NCBI GenBank assembly: GCA_030141605.1
Contig: JAQGDQ010000362.1
Location: forward strand, 124,001 to 188,000
Direction: 5' to 3'
Length of the DNA: 64,000 nucleotides
Source of the DNA: Tubiluchus corallicola
Lineage: Eukaryota; Animalia; Priapulida
Shown here: positions 1 to 13,496 of the stretch, in pieces
How positions within the stretch are numbered: position 1 is the first letter of the stretch
Layout of the letters: every line of letters starts with the position of its first letter
The notes under the pieces: generated by a model
Told to the model about the DNA's origin: nothing
The model's database searches: none
What the model saw: only the letters and a program-made list of their open reading frames with translations
Program-made: the position numbers and the translations under genes

Positions 1-269
1 TGTAAATGTTTAATTAAACTTCGGCAGCTTACTTAATGTTCATGCAAAAATGTCACAAAATTAGCTAACTGATTTTCTGTAATAACTTATCATACTTTTG
101 ATGGAAATTGAGAGCTTTTCTACAGAAAATAAATGATGTCATTGGTAGAACAGTGGGCATTCAAAATGGGAGAGTCAAAGAGTGAAATAATCGTAACTTT
201 AAAGTCATTTTACTAATTACGCGAAGCATTAATTTTATTACATTTTTATTACTAGATCCTTCTAACATT

Positions 270-625
270 TTTCGCGAACAGTGAAATAAGTCTAGAAGAC
301 TTGGCCTTTCCTGGAAGTCAAAGTATCATAAGTTAACTCTAAGGTTGACTCTTCGGTGGCGTCTCGCGGCTCCAGATATCCCATATTGCAGAACTGAATA
401 CTCTCAAGTTCTGGAACATTCTATTTCTATTTTGGATAAATTTCTTTATATAGATATGACCTTTCCTAACGTCGTATTTGTAATAGTGATGTAAATCATT
501 ATGTTCAGTCACTTTGGTCAACGTTTTTCAAAAAACCAGCTAAGCGATCGAGTTTTTGTGCTGTTTGTGAGGACGTGAACTGTTTATATACCGGTATTGT
601 AAATTGCGGTTCAGTTAACGTAAGT
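270..625 (+). promoter_or_regulatory. Putative heat-shock promoter and non-coding first exon of the DNAJB gene
   Basis: Perfect 3-unit HSE TTCtgGAAcaTTC at 409-421. Partial HSEs: TTCgcGAA 271-278 and TCCtgGAA 309-316. TATATAGA at 447-454, Inr-like TCAGTC at 505-510, consensus donor GTAAGT at 620-625. The next gene on this strand is an Hsp40 whose ATG exon begins at a splice acceptor. Confidence 0.55.
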
Positions 626-949
626 TTTTCATCAAAGCTTCACTTTATTACAACGGTATAATATGGCAATTCAGGCACGTAAACTGAAGCAGTTTTCCAG
701 GCTTTGACAATTGATCAACTTTAATAGGACTAAAGTATACTAAAAACTAAGTATAGTCTATTCTTACTGTAAATGTTCTTGTAAATAGTGTATAAATTCT
801 GTTGTGGTGAGGATCTTAAATCATGTTGTACAAACTGCGTGATCCAATCCTAAATAAATTATGTTTAAACTACTAGGAGATTGCGACAAGTTTTCAATTC
901 ATGAATCATAATGACTTGGATTTACGTTTCGTGTCTTGGAATAACTATA

Positions 950-2720
950 GTATTTCTTACATTGAATTTACTGTAAAAGACATCTATGAACAGCTTTCCA
1001 AAGTTAAACCTTTTAAAGCTGTTGGCCTAGGCAATGTTCATGATTTTATATTGAAATAATGTGCCTGACAATTGTCATTGCCTCTCTTCTTTTTTGCAAA
1101 TCCTTGGATTGTTCTATAGTTTCTCAAGACTGGTTAGATTGCAATGTTACCCTACCCTTAAAATCCTAGCACCAACTTGACATATGATGAATTACACCCT
1201 ATTTCTCTATCTTCTGTTGTTTCTAAATTCCTGCTGTCTTCTGGTCAATTCAGTAATAATCAACATGGCTCATTACCACAATGTTCCACCATAACAGATC
1301 TTCTCGAATGCCTAAATGACTGGTCCAAATTCTTTGATGACCCTTCTCTCCCATCAAATACATTTTATATATTGATTTTACAGAAGCATTTGTCATTTTC
1401 TAAATCACAGATGGCAAAGAGTAGTTTTAAATTGTGTAACCACTTCCTGGAAAAATGTAACCAGCAGCATTCCTCAAGGGACTTTGCCCGGACCCTATTT
1501 TTATCAATGATATTACTGATTGTGTATCCCCTGACGTCTGATTTAATCGCATACCAATGTTTGTTGATGATATAAAACCTTACCGTCCAATTAGGAATTC
1601 CTCTGATCAAGAGATCTTATACTGAAATTGAGCGATAGTATGACAACTGGTTAGTGTCCCGCAAACGTAGTAAATGCAGTGCACTTTATATTCGTTCTAA
1701 TTCTACAATGCCTTATTACCTGAGAGATGGTGTTATTGAAGAAAAATCAGTTGTACGTGATTTGGGAGTATTAATCTCAAACAACCTGAAGTGGAACTCG
1801 CATATTAAGCATATTATTTCTCAGGCCAATAAATGCATTGGAATGATGAAACGCTGCATTTCATCACATAGTGCAAAAGTTATTGTTCCTCTTTATAAAG
1901 CTGTAGTTAGACCAGTACTTGAGCATGCATGCATTGTTTGGTCACCACAGTATGTTACTCTGAAAGATGCTTTAGAAAGAACTCAATGGAGATGTATTTG
2001 TCTCAGGACTTTACGATGCCTTAGGCTGATACCCTAGATCTGTCCCGCCCTTCTGTATTGTGAATTTATGATTGATTATGAACTTAACAGATTAAACAAT
2101 TACTTGTGGTGTATTAGTTTATACATCGTCATTGTTAATTATGTGTATATGAACCACGCTTATATACAAGCAGGCTGGGCAACTACTTGTTGTGTAATAC
2201 CTTGTACTTGTATGTTATATGGCACTTGGTTCGTTATATAACAACTGGTTTCTGTAACTGCCTGTTGTGTGTTATATAACACTTGTTTTACATGAATATG
2301 AACAGGTACACATTTTCCAAGGAGAATAAGAATTTTTTTAACTTGCTCACTTAAAATGTGGTGCCTCTCAAACTTCGGCGCCCAGGCTATAGCCTAGCCA
2401 GCCTATTGATTAATACGCCCCTGATTAGTCTGGCCTCTCATATTCAACCTGACTCTGCATCTTCTCTTGAACAATGCCATGATACTATAGATCTTATTAA
2501 CTGTTATAAAGTCATTAGTAATAGTTCTATTTTGCTTAGAGGACAATTTTTTTCTAAACCGCTACGTGATTTATGTGAACAACTCTAAATTATTTGTATA
2601 ATAAATATCAGAGCCCATTTCTTCTCTTCTCGTGTTGTGAGCCTTAGGAATTCTCTTAAAAGTGAAGCAGTTGTTGCATCAAATCTGCTGCAATTTCGCA
2701 AATTGAGGAGAGACCGTCGA
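950..2720 (+). mobile_element. Degenerate non-LTR retrotransposon (CR1-like LINE) reverse-transcriptase remnant
   Basis: ORF 1654-2037 contains RDLGVLISNNLKWNSHI and LYKAVVRPVLEHACIVWSP, typical of the CR1-type RT C-terminus. A DLINCYK...FFSSRVV-like 3' part lies at ~2490-2700. Many stops and frameshifts. Confidence 0.8.
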
Positions 2721-3614
2721 TGGTTAGATCTCTTAGACTTCGCAAGCATCTAATAACTATTACGTCTACAGCTTAAGGAATTTAAAAGTTGCTTATAATA
2801 AAGGGATCAGAATTTTGTTTAATCTACCTTATGATTGCTCTGCTAGACAATGAGTACTGACCTAAATTTACCATATTTTTATTTTATTATTAGAGGATCT
2901 ATTTATTCACTAAAAATTAGAGCTGCTGACACCTACAACGAATTGGTAAGCAATATATTTAACAGTGACTGTTTATTTATATCTAAGTTGCATAAGCATA
3001 GGAAAAATGCTTATATACTGTAGCCCAATAATGAAAAGTTGTAAATATTGTAAATACTTAATTAACCGTACTTAATTGTGAGAAATACTAACCGATAATT
3101 GTGTACTGATTTATATGTATAATGTTTGTTTGTTAACTATGATTTGTATTGTGTTGTAATATGGACTTTGTTCCAAAATAAAAGTATTCAATCAATCAAT
3201 CAGCAAGCAAGCAAGTTTCCAACATGACATTTAACAGCATTGCTATTTCTTTTATTCGGTGGAAAAAATAATTCAAAAAATCTAATAAAAATGATTCAGC
3301 AATATAGATTTGGGGGGGGGGGGGGAATGGAAATCTTTTTAAATAGATTTGGAAAGAATTTAAATAATTTTATTACATGTTTTGTTTCCTAATTGGACCT
3401 GAGAATTATTTCAACTTTACAAAAGTCGATAGTTAACATAATTAGGTTGTGAAATTGTAAAAACTACTATGAACAAATTTTCATTTAGTGATAAATGCAT
3501 AGGCGAGGTGTAATTGTAGGCTAAGTAAACAGTTGAAGAGCTGTTGAATGGATGAATGTTATAAGCAAAATCTGTAGCAACATCTTAGACACATGCATTA
3601 CTTTTAATTTAGAG

Positions 3615-4583
3615 CAGGGGTGTGCAAACTGTGGCCCCCTGAAGAAGTTTGTCAACCTAATGAAAGTGCAGCCCAGTTGATGAATTGAGTCGCAAGTATC
3701 TAGCTGAAGTCCCCGCCATGATCGCAAAAATAGTGTGAGTAGTTTTTTCCTCTAGATCGGATCGCATTAACTCTTGCAAGACGGTTGACACTTAATGTCA
3801 CTGTAGGACATGACGAAATTACACGTTACTCATTTGGAACACAAAAAAGCAATGTAATCACAGAACGCAGCAAACTGCCATGGAAGCCGCCATTGAAATG
3901 CTCAAATGTGCAAGAAATGCGAGAAGCAATCTGATTGGCTGGTAGGAAGACCAACCAGCCAGTCTCTAGGCTTTTATTATTGGGCCTGTTGATCTGTCCA
4001 GTCGTCTTCTTGGTCATAGCAGGTAGATCATTTTGACTTGGTTATTTTACAAAATAAATTATAAATAAATAAATTACAAATAAAATTATAAAATAACCAA
4101 GTCAAAATGATCTACCTACTATATAACCAAGAAGACAACTGGGCCGATCAGGTAGCCAGCAAGCTGAAAAAGTGTGGTCACCCCTGATACAGGGGATTCT
4201 CAAATTTCAGTTTCTGGTTAGGCTCAGTACTAGATGCCTTGGTCAGTGGCTTGGTTTCATCGTTTCATCAGTTGTAGTGTTCTTAAAGATCAGAAACATA
4301 GATAGGAAATCGAGTCAAGACAGATTAATATTCACTGTACTACACAGACTGTGTGATACACTGTAATATGCATTGTATTAAAATTACCACTATCTGGCAA
4401 TATAGATTTTAATAACTTCTAAAATACTTTTCTCGAGTGTGGCAGTAACGATGTGTGAAGATCGAATGCAAAAAAATCGTTATTAGGTCCTACTGTTCTT
4501 GGCTCCCTGACCGAACTACGGCCCGCGTAAATTGCAGGAAAGTTTAATGTGGCCCGGCTAGTCAGATAATTTGCACACCCCTG
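3615..4583. mobile_element. Non-autonomous hAT DNA transposon (MITE)
   Basis: TIRs CAGGGGTGTGCAAA (from 3615) and TTTGCACACCCCTG (to 4583), flanked by a perfect 8-bp TSD ATTTAGAG (3607-3614 and 4584-4591). Confidence 0.9.
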
Positions 4584-6199
4584 ATTTAGAGGTTTTTTGG
4601 AGGTATTTTTTAATTAAGTGGGTGAGATTTTTGTCTTAACTGGATAAACTTGGTTGACACCAAGATTATCTATTATCTCTAGTAAAGTTGTGCAGTGCAT
4701 CCTTTATCATTATCAATTGTTAAACAATTTTGAATTATACTCATTGAAATATGGTCTAATTTTAAATGCTGGAGTGACATTTGTAGTCAAAGCTAACTGT
4801 AAACTCTAGGACAACAACAGTATATACACACATAGCTTTACATTAGTACTTTTAATAAACATAAACCTTGTAAATGACACAAAATGCATGCAGGCTTAAA
4901 GAGGTTGGTAAAGAGATAGAGTTGGTGAAGCAGACAATTGTTATGCATAACAGATCCTGTCCAAATGTTCTGTTCTCTACTTTTGTTACATTTGACTGAG
5001 ATTTGTGACATTCATTTGTCTAAGTACACAGTTCTGCAACTATGCATGCCAGATGTGGCTGATGCAGCTGTGCTATGCTACATTGTTGCATTTGTTTAAG
5101 AGTTTATCTGTTGCCCATTTGTATTGTTAATGAAACGGCTAGCTAATTTTGCACATAATGTGGGGAATAATTATCATCTTTAACTGCAGCACATTACCTG
5201 TTGCTGCTGTAGCAGCCAGTATAATGCCAAAATAATTAATTTGGTGCGATATTTAATGGTACAGCTAACAAAAAAAGTACCATGACAAATGAACGAAAAA
5301 AATTCTAGGTCCATTGTGATGAACTCTCTTAGTTGAGAGAAAAAGAGTTAAAAAAATCACAAAAGTGTTAAATTTGTAAGTACTGTATTCCAGATAAGTT
5401 GAATTACACTGTATTCCAGATAAGTTTACTTTTACTGTGACACAATTCATTGTACCACATTTACACAAGATCACACAATCTGCACAATAATTGTAGAAAC
5501 TAAGAATCATAATAATTGGCTTATTAATAATAATAATTTTAATTAAAATTTGCAACATGCCTGCTATGTCGCAAATCACTCCAAAACCGAGCTTAGAGTG
5601 ATTTATCGGTAAAAAATGAAAAAATTGAGAAAACCATATAACAAATCAGTTAGGGATTATAGAATAAGTTTAAGTGAGATTTAAAAAAGGGTTAATAGGA
5701 AGGCATTAATTTTAATTAGTAGTTTTATTTTATTATGATTATCCAATTACCAGTTAAGCATAGAATTCACAGCACAGAAAAAATACCGTGAGAGGAAAAA
5801 TGTATAAAGTAACAGTGTCAATAATGCTAATAGCTGGAACACTAGTAAGTGGCAATAAATACGACATTCATTTCAGGATAGAAGCTCAGCTAAATGTACT
5901 GTCGTGCAAAGCTACTTAAAAAGCAAAAAACTTTTGTCTTAAAAAGCAAGAAATACAGTATAAACTTTTTAGTTGAATCACCAGTGTTATAAAAATTACT
6001 TAATCAGCCAATATGTGTTTTATTAACAGCGATGCAACAACCACCTAATTTGCCAAAGCATATCACTGCTTGGTTTGTCAGAATAGTGGTGAAACAGGTT
6101 GAAATAAGCAGAAAATTAGAAAATTTACCAAGTCTTTTGCCAAGTCATACAGAGGACTAATTGTGTTGCAGCCAAGTCAGGCAGCAAATTTGTTACTGT

Positions 6200-7130
6200 T
6201 AATTCAGCCAGTTCTTGAAGTAACACCATTTCAGTGCAGTTGCTGCTAGCATGAGTTTTGCTTATAAAACATTCATATTTAATCAGACGATTATTAGGTA
6301 CAAGAAATATTGATGTTTGCCTTGCAGCAAAAATGTTTCCTGCTTGCCTTCCATCAGTGGACTATCTCACTTTAGAAATAACCGAAAAAAGCAAAAAATT
6401 ACAAAAAAGAAAAATATTGCATAGATTCTGCAAAGATTTAAATAAGGCTTCTTTGATACTGTAATTTCTTTTTGGTAGATATTTAATATCCTCAGTTCCT
6501 TGTTTAATGAAGCTGCTTTTCATTTTAAGGACATTTTTTAATTTTGTTTTGGTTTATGAGATATTAAGCACATTATAAGAAGTATTCCTTCAGTATTTCA
6601 AAATTTGAGGCATCGGGTAAAAAGTGCAAAATATTTTTATTACATCATGAAAAATAACTATATGTACAATTGTACACATTGCACATTGCCATTACAAATT
6701 ATGCGACATAACAGCAATGTAAGATCTGCAATGAAATTATGTGTTGCAAAAACGAGGAATGGTCTCATTTTTTATTTCAGTTTTTCTTATTGTCATTAAT
6801 GTAGTATGCGAATTTCCTAATATCACCATCTCAGATTTCTCTGAAATTTTGACAGCGGTACCCTTATATATCGAAAATAGAAATGTGTTGAAACTCTTTG
6901 AGCGTAATGCTTCAGCTGATTGGGCTTGCAAGTGTGCACTTCAGTTCAGTTTGAGGGTATTTTTTGACATATCTTTTGACCTTGTCATTACACAAGTCAG
7001 TTGTGAACGTGCGTTCAGTAAGTTGAAAATCGTAAAAACTCTATACGCCCTTCACTGTCAAATGAGCTGCTTGAAACTTTTATGTTGATGAGCATCGAAA
7101 AGCATTTACTTTCTGAAATTTCTGTTGATA
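6200..7130 (+). mobile_element. hAT transposase remnant (C-terminal dimerisation domain)
   Basis: VITQVSCERAFSKLKIVKT at the end of ORF 6741-7088, followed after a frameshift by LMSIEK, matches the hAT dimerisation motif. Upstream parts are decayed and boundaries are approximate. Confidence 0.7.
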
Positions 7131-8039
7131 GATTGCTTGCTGTCTAGCAGATTTGTGCTTTGTAAATTACTGAATTTTGACTGTTGTAGTGATATGTGCA
7201 CACATTAAAAAATGCAGACTTTCCAATTTTAATTATTCTTTGAAAACAGTTTCAAATTATGCTTTAAGAATGACTCGTATTGGTTGTTCTAGGATTGAGA
7301 TTTTCATTTTTATTATAAGATTATTAAAATTTTCTAGTATTTGTATTATGTTAATATGCTGATGTACTAATTAACATCATACAAAATGGCAACACTGACA
7401 GAGTTAGCCGTAGGAAAACATGGCTGCCTCCTCGCTAAAACAACGATGTCATAATACTTATTGCATTTTACGTTTTAAGTTAAAAAAATACGCTTTTATT
7501 TAAGTGTGTCAGGTAAGTATATGAAAGTACAAAAATTCTAAAATTCCCAATAAATGTTACCTACAGGGGTTATTGGACGGAAACAAAAGTACTTTTATTG
7601 TCAGCCTAATCTGACAACTGAAGAGTTTTCTATGTCATTAAGCAACCTTTTTTGCTAGCCAGATTTTGTGTTGATGGGAAAATTTCTTGTTTTTCTGTAA
7701 GGAGTTGCTATATCAACTTTTGTGACTTGAATAAAATGTTGAATTCTTTCTACTGTGGCTTTTACTTAGGAGTAATGAATCATTACCTATGTGCAGGAAC
7801 ATTTTACTGTTACCTCATATTTACCTCAGAAAATAAGATATTGTGATGGACAGGTTTTTTTGCAATCCGAATTCCCTCATTTAGATTTTGTTATAAGTTG
7901 CACAGTTTGTTGCTGAATCTTTCTCTATATCTCTAGAAGAAAAGCAGTATTAGGAAGCACTGTGTAGCTACATAATTTAACACGTCCATCCGTCAGGCAC
8001 CTCTCATGTTCAGTTGTTGAATTTTTTAGGGATAGTATT

Positions 8040-9245
8040 AATACCTTAAAAGATAAAGGTATGAAATGTACGAATTTACTGCGCCAGAATTTATTTTTTT
8101 ATGATATTAATTTACGGGTGGCACTTAGAATTTTTGAAGCTGTCATCGGACATATATGTTTGTATGTTTCAGAAACATAGTTACCATATTCTCTTAATTT
8201 TTGAAGAATAATGAACTGATCTAATTTAGAATCATGTTATGACGTGTTGAAATCTGAAAGTATTAATCTAAAAATGTGTCACTTGTTGTTGAATGTTGGT
8301 TCTAAAACAGTTCGAAATGCTGTGAAAGGTGAACTAGGTCAATTTCCGTTGTTTATTAATGTAGTCAAAAATTACCTGAATTTGTGGCTCCATCTCTTGG
8401 AGGCACCTGACAATAGCCAGGCAAAAGATGCATATGTTCTTTCTAAAGACATTAGCAAAACTGGTGGACTTTCGTGGGCTACGTTTATTAAAACTGTTTT
8501 GTTTGATTTGGGTTTTGGACATGTTTGGGAACACCAAGGTACATTTAATAAAATGAAATTGATCAAAGCCATTGATGATAAACTTGAATCTGGGTAATGA
8601 ACCGGGCTGCACCGAATGAAAATAGCGATAAACTTAGAGTGTATGTATAAACTTTTTAAAAATTCTTATAAGATGGAAAATTTTTTGTTGATTGGTATTC
8701 CAAAACATGTCAAAACTAACTTAACAAGATTTCGTATTAGTGCTCATAAATTAGCAATTGAAATAGGCAGATATCATAAGCCGAAAAATACTTGTAGAAC
8801 AACGAATATGTAAAAGTTGTTGTTACATGCAGAGGATGAATTGCATGTAATTACTGAATGTCCACTGTACACTCATGTAAGAGAGGAATGTTTTGGTATC
8901 CTTTGTGACTTTTGTCCTAACTTTCATTATACGTCTTCCAATGAGCAGCTCGTGTTTTTAAATACATCACAAGATGTAGAAGTTATTATAATTAATGCTA
9001 AATTGGTCCACAAAGAATTTGAAGATAAGCCCGACTGACATAACTCACTGACTAACTGAAATACATATGTAATATTAAGTTTATAATGTGTATGGTGCTC
9101 TGTCGTGTGCATTTTTTGTGCTTGAACCATTATACCACTTATATGTGGTTTCTTTGTTTAGAACTTTAGATGTATAATGTTTTTTAAGTTGTTTCTTTCT
9201 TTGTCTTTTGTAATTTCTTTCCTAGATGGTGAAATAAGTAAATAA
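8040..9245 (+). mobile_element. Degenerate LINE 3' portion
   Basis: Consecutive frameshifted ORFs contain AVKGELGQFPL, LTRFRISAHKLAIEIGRYHK and EDELHVITECPLY, typical of the C-terminus of invertebrate non-LTR ORF2. An A-rich tail follows near 9235-9245. Confidence 0.8.
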
Positions 9246-10802
9246 ATATTATGGTCTTGGACGTATGGCACAAATGAATTGTGTTTCAGTAAAAAGTAAA
9301 AATTTAAAAGAGTACTGAGGTGTTTTTACAAGAACGTGTCTTTGTCATGTGTCCATGTCACACATTTACAACCTGCCATGTGCGACTCCATCCGTAAACT
9401 CACTATGGTCAATAAGGCCACCTTGCAGGGATGCACCGAATATTTGGATCGCCACCCGAATATCTATATGATTAGTACTTTATAACTGATAAAAACCTCC
9501 ATAAATTGACCATTTTTGCGTGTTTGTCTGTTAACGATATTTAAATTTGCAAGACCTTATTAGATTTTGATAAAATTCACCACAGGATGGAGAAGATATT
9601 GTAACATTAACACTAGACAAAAAAATTACCAACAGATCCACAAATAGTGAATAACAATTGAAGAAAAGCGCCGAATGATGTCACAAAATATTGACAATTC
9701 TTTTAGCACCCAAATGCTTAGCGTCAATGTATCTGAATTATTTTTTACGGATAGTTTATCAACTAACAGTCACTCAATAATTCTGTATCTGGAGAAGAAA
9801 AACAAGGTTTTGATGGGATCACCAAACATCATTTGATAGAGGAAAGAGGACATTTGACAAAACGCAAAAATCACAGTAATAGATAATCAATAAAAAGTAG
9901 TAAAATGTGCAGAATTTTGCATGCAACATGTACCAAGATTCCAAAAATTTTGATCTGCGGCTGCAAAACCAGTTTGCAATTTTTCGAGGTTGATTTATTA
10001 TCTAGTTATTTCAAAACAAATACACTCTGTTGTATTTTTTGGTGGCACTTATTTTGTTACAATGTAATTTCTTCTTATATTTACCGAAGTTTGGCACTTT
10101 GAGAAGATGACATGTAAAATTGTTTGTTTCACTTAACATTATTTTCACTGTTAATTCGCTGTTTAGATACAAAAATTTTTGACATCATTTGCATCTTTTC
10201 TAAGACCTTCTATCTTTATAACTGTCAAAAGAATACTGTATTCGAAGCATATGTCGTAAATGTGTCATCTCTTGCTGAGATACAGCTTTATCAATAGATG
10301 TTACGTCTTGATAATAGCACAGGCTTGTACTTTTAAATTGCTGTTGAACTGCTTGAATTATTTTTTAGTCCACTTACACAAAAGACTTTTAAGCACATGC
10401 TTGTTAGGTGTAACAAAACTGGGTTAAATGAGTTTCTACTCTTCACCTGACTTGCAAAGGGCAGCATGTTGTGCATTCCATCATCGCAAGCGCATTATAA
10501 ACCTACTGAACTTAAGCATCACGCCACCTGTTCAGTGGAGGATTAAGTGTTACACTTTCTATAATTAGGCTTTCTCAAACCTATCGTTATCTTGTGCAGC
10601 TTTTGTGTTCCATTGATTCGGCCCATTCATAAAAGAATAGTGCGTAAGAAGTCAGGTAGACGGTCGTTTATTTGCGTGGTGGCATCATTTGCATTCACCT
10701 GTTGGGCATTCGGTGTAATTCAGTATATTTGTGATATATTACATTTGATATAGTGGCACTTGTAATTTTGAATTGTTCTGGCATATTTCTACATAGAAAA
10801 AT

Positions 10803-11035
10803 ATGTTATTCACAAAGAATCTTCCTAGACGTACTTCTCATAATGACGAGCACCCTTTAATATCATCTGAAAGTGAATCATATCACACGGCTCAGAGTGC
10901 AGTATACTTTTATCATGACATGCCTTCCTGGAGACAAATTGTTCCTAAAGTGAAGAAGCAAGCTAAAAGATTCAACAATTCATTCCGTAGGAAAAAGCAA
11001 AAAAACCATGTACAGGTGAACAATGCTTTGTGCAG
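10803..11035 (+). CDS. Putative optional upstream coding exon of DNAJB (N-terminal extension)
   Basis: ATG at 10803 with an open frame to the donor CAG|GTAATA after 11035 (phase 2). It joins the acceptor at 13490 (G-ACG-ATC-ATG) in frame with the J-domain ATG. Confidence 0.5.
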
Positions 11036-11218
11036 GTAATAAAGTATTAAAAAAGATAGTTATTAAAACTGGTAATAATCAAAATTTTAAATTGGTCTTT
11101 GTGACACCTGTTCGCTGTGCTTAAATTATATTTTGGCAAAAAAGAGATTAAATTGCATACGTTGTTTTCAGTTCATTATCTTTTCATTTATAAAGTTTTT
11201 TTGTGTGTAAGTATATAT

Positions 11219-11834
11219 CCAAGGGCGTAGCAGGTTTTAAAGTTAGGGGAGCAAGCTCGTAAAAAAGGCGTCATGACACATAGCAAACAATTCTTAATGC
11301 AGACACAGTTTTGAAAGAAGTACATAATTGTTATTTTGTATTTAAAATTAAAACACAGTAAAAAGCTTTACAGTAAGTTCATAAATCTCAAAACATAGAT
11401 AATAAAAACATGCATGTTATTAAATAATTTTTAATTTTAAATTAAAATGAAAACCAAATTAAGCATTGTGAAAATGCATCATGAAGGAATGTATAATTGA
11501 CAGTAGGCCTACTGCTAGACAATCACGTGTAGACAATTGTGTGATAAGAATTTTTATAATAATTAGGTTTGGAGCAATTTGATCCTTGGTTCGATCAGTC
11601 AACCTTGACAAATAAGTTGCGTAGATGCATGCTCATTTCAAAAACACACGAGGCAAGTTGGTCAAATAAAGTAATGACTACAGAAAATTCTTCCAAGGTC
11701 ATACGAATAAAAATAAGAATTAAAAAAAGACTCGACTTTTATTGCACAAGTGAAAAGGTGCCAACTTTGAAAAATGTTCTCGGGGGGGGGGGGGATAGTT
11801 GCTTCCCTTGCTTCACTATTAACTAAGCCACTGT
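11219..11834. mobile_element. Possible MITE with degenerate CAG(T/G)GGCGTAG-type ends
   Basis: Left end caagggcgtagc...ggggagcaagc; right end gcttcccttgcttc...ctaagccactg, preceded by a poly-G run. No clear TSD. Confidence 0.3.
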
Positions 11835-13496
11835 ATGCAAAACTGATTGTATTCTAATGCGGTTCCTATAGATAAAGGAAACTATTTAGTACATTCTTAT
11901 GGGTATTTGTAAATCTTACACAATTTTTGTTTGGACAAAAATGGCATAAGTTATAAATTGTTTATTCAAGAATTCTAATGTTGCAGATGAAAGATCGGTT
12001 TTTAGGAATCAATGTTTTGTTTAAAAAGTGCTTTAAAAATGATCAATGCATTCAATAAACAACATGCTGATAACGTTGCACTTTTTTTAGATGTGTAACT
12101 TTCCATATTTCAAGGTAAAAATACTGTGAGTTAAATTTAAAGTGTCAAAATTTGAATGCATAAATTAAATTTGAAGCTGGGAGATGACTTTAGTAATTTA
12201 GTAGCTGACAGACATATGCGACCCTTTTTGGAATTTGAGATGGCCATAACAAAAGTGTTTAGTATCAGATTTAGTATAATGTCATTGAGTTAGAAGTAAA
12301 CCAATCAATTTCATGTTGTAAATGGCAGAATCACATTTTTGCTGAGAATAAAAAATGCACTGTGTAATCTAAAATCTATTTGAAGTCCCAGAATTGGCTC
12401 CTGATTGACCTGCTTAACCTGTGAGTTTTGTTGATCATTATTTTTCTTATGATAGAAGCTATCAAAGTGATTGGCTGGTGTGAAAAGTCATCTGAATAAC
12501 TCATTTGAGCTGAGGCTTTTCATATAATTTGCTCAAATGTGTGATATAACTTATTCAGGTGTGTAGAATTAGAATTGATTTGTTGGACTAATTAATTAAT
12601 TTGATTAAGGAAAACGTGGAAATCACCCTGATGTACATATTAATTATCGTAGAGATACTAAAAAGCATTATTTACCTTCTGCTTTGCTTTATTCATTGCT
12701 TGCCTTAGCACTATTAAGTGTGGAATTTATATGCTTTTGACTAGAGGTACCTTGTAGAACATTTAGACACTGAACTGCAACTACAGTTAAAGTAAGCACT
12801 ACTGGCCTTCTTTTTTGTCCACTATGGGTGTGACACTTAGAACTACATAATGCCAATAATGTTAAGGAGTGGTGTAATTCAGGTAACAATGTCAAACTCC
12901 CAAAATACTATTACAATTAAGTTACAGACAAGTAACTGTACAAGTTTGCATAGTTTCTAGACTTCCAGAAAAAAAGAGAATTACAGTAGGGGCATCTCAA
13001 CTCTAGATTTACAACTGCAAGCAAAAAGCTATAAACAATAATTGATTTTATTTTAATGACTAATTTTTATTGTTATAGTCAAAATTCGGAAACATTCATA
13101 TTTCTGCTCAGGATGTCATATAAAGAATGAGTAGAAAATTTCCTTTTTACACTTATCAAGTTTTTTAAAGTGGCACTGATTACAAATAGTGACTGCCATA
13201 ACAGCCATTAATATAAAATGCATTGAAGCAATTCCTGCAAAATAACTAAGTATCCGATTACTGAATTTTATTTTTTATTCTAAGTGATGATAGTACATAG
13301 AATTGTACTGAATGGCTCATTCTGATTTTTCATATAACTTGGGCTTTTCGTTGGTTGTTTTTTCTTGTTTATTAAAACTTTTTTTAAGTATGTTAGATTA
13401 CAAATCTTGTAATTTATGTGAATTTCATTTTGTATACATGTACCAAGACTAAGTGAAGCATTAAAATAAACAATTTTTGCTGTTTTCAGGACGATC

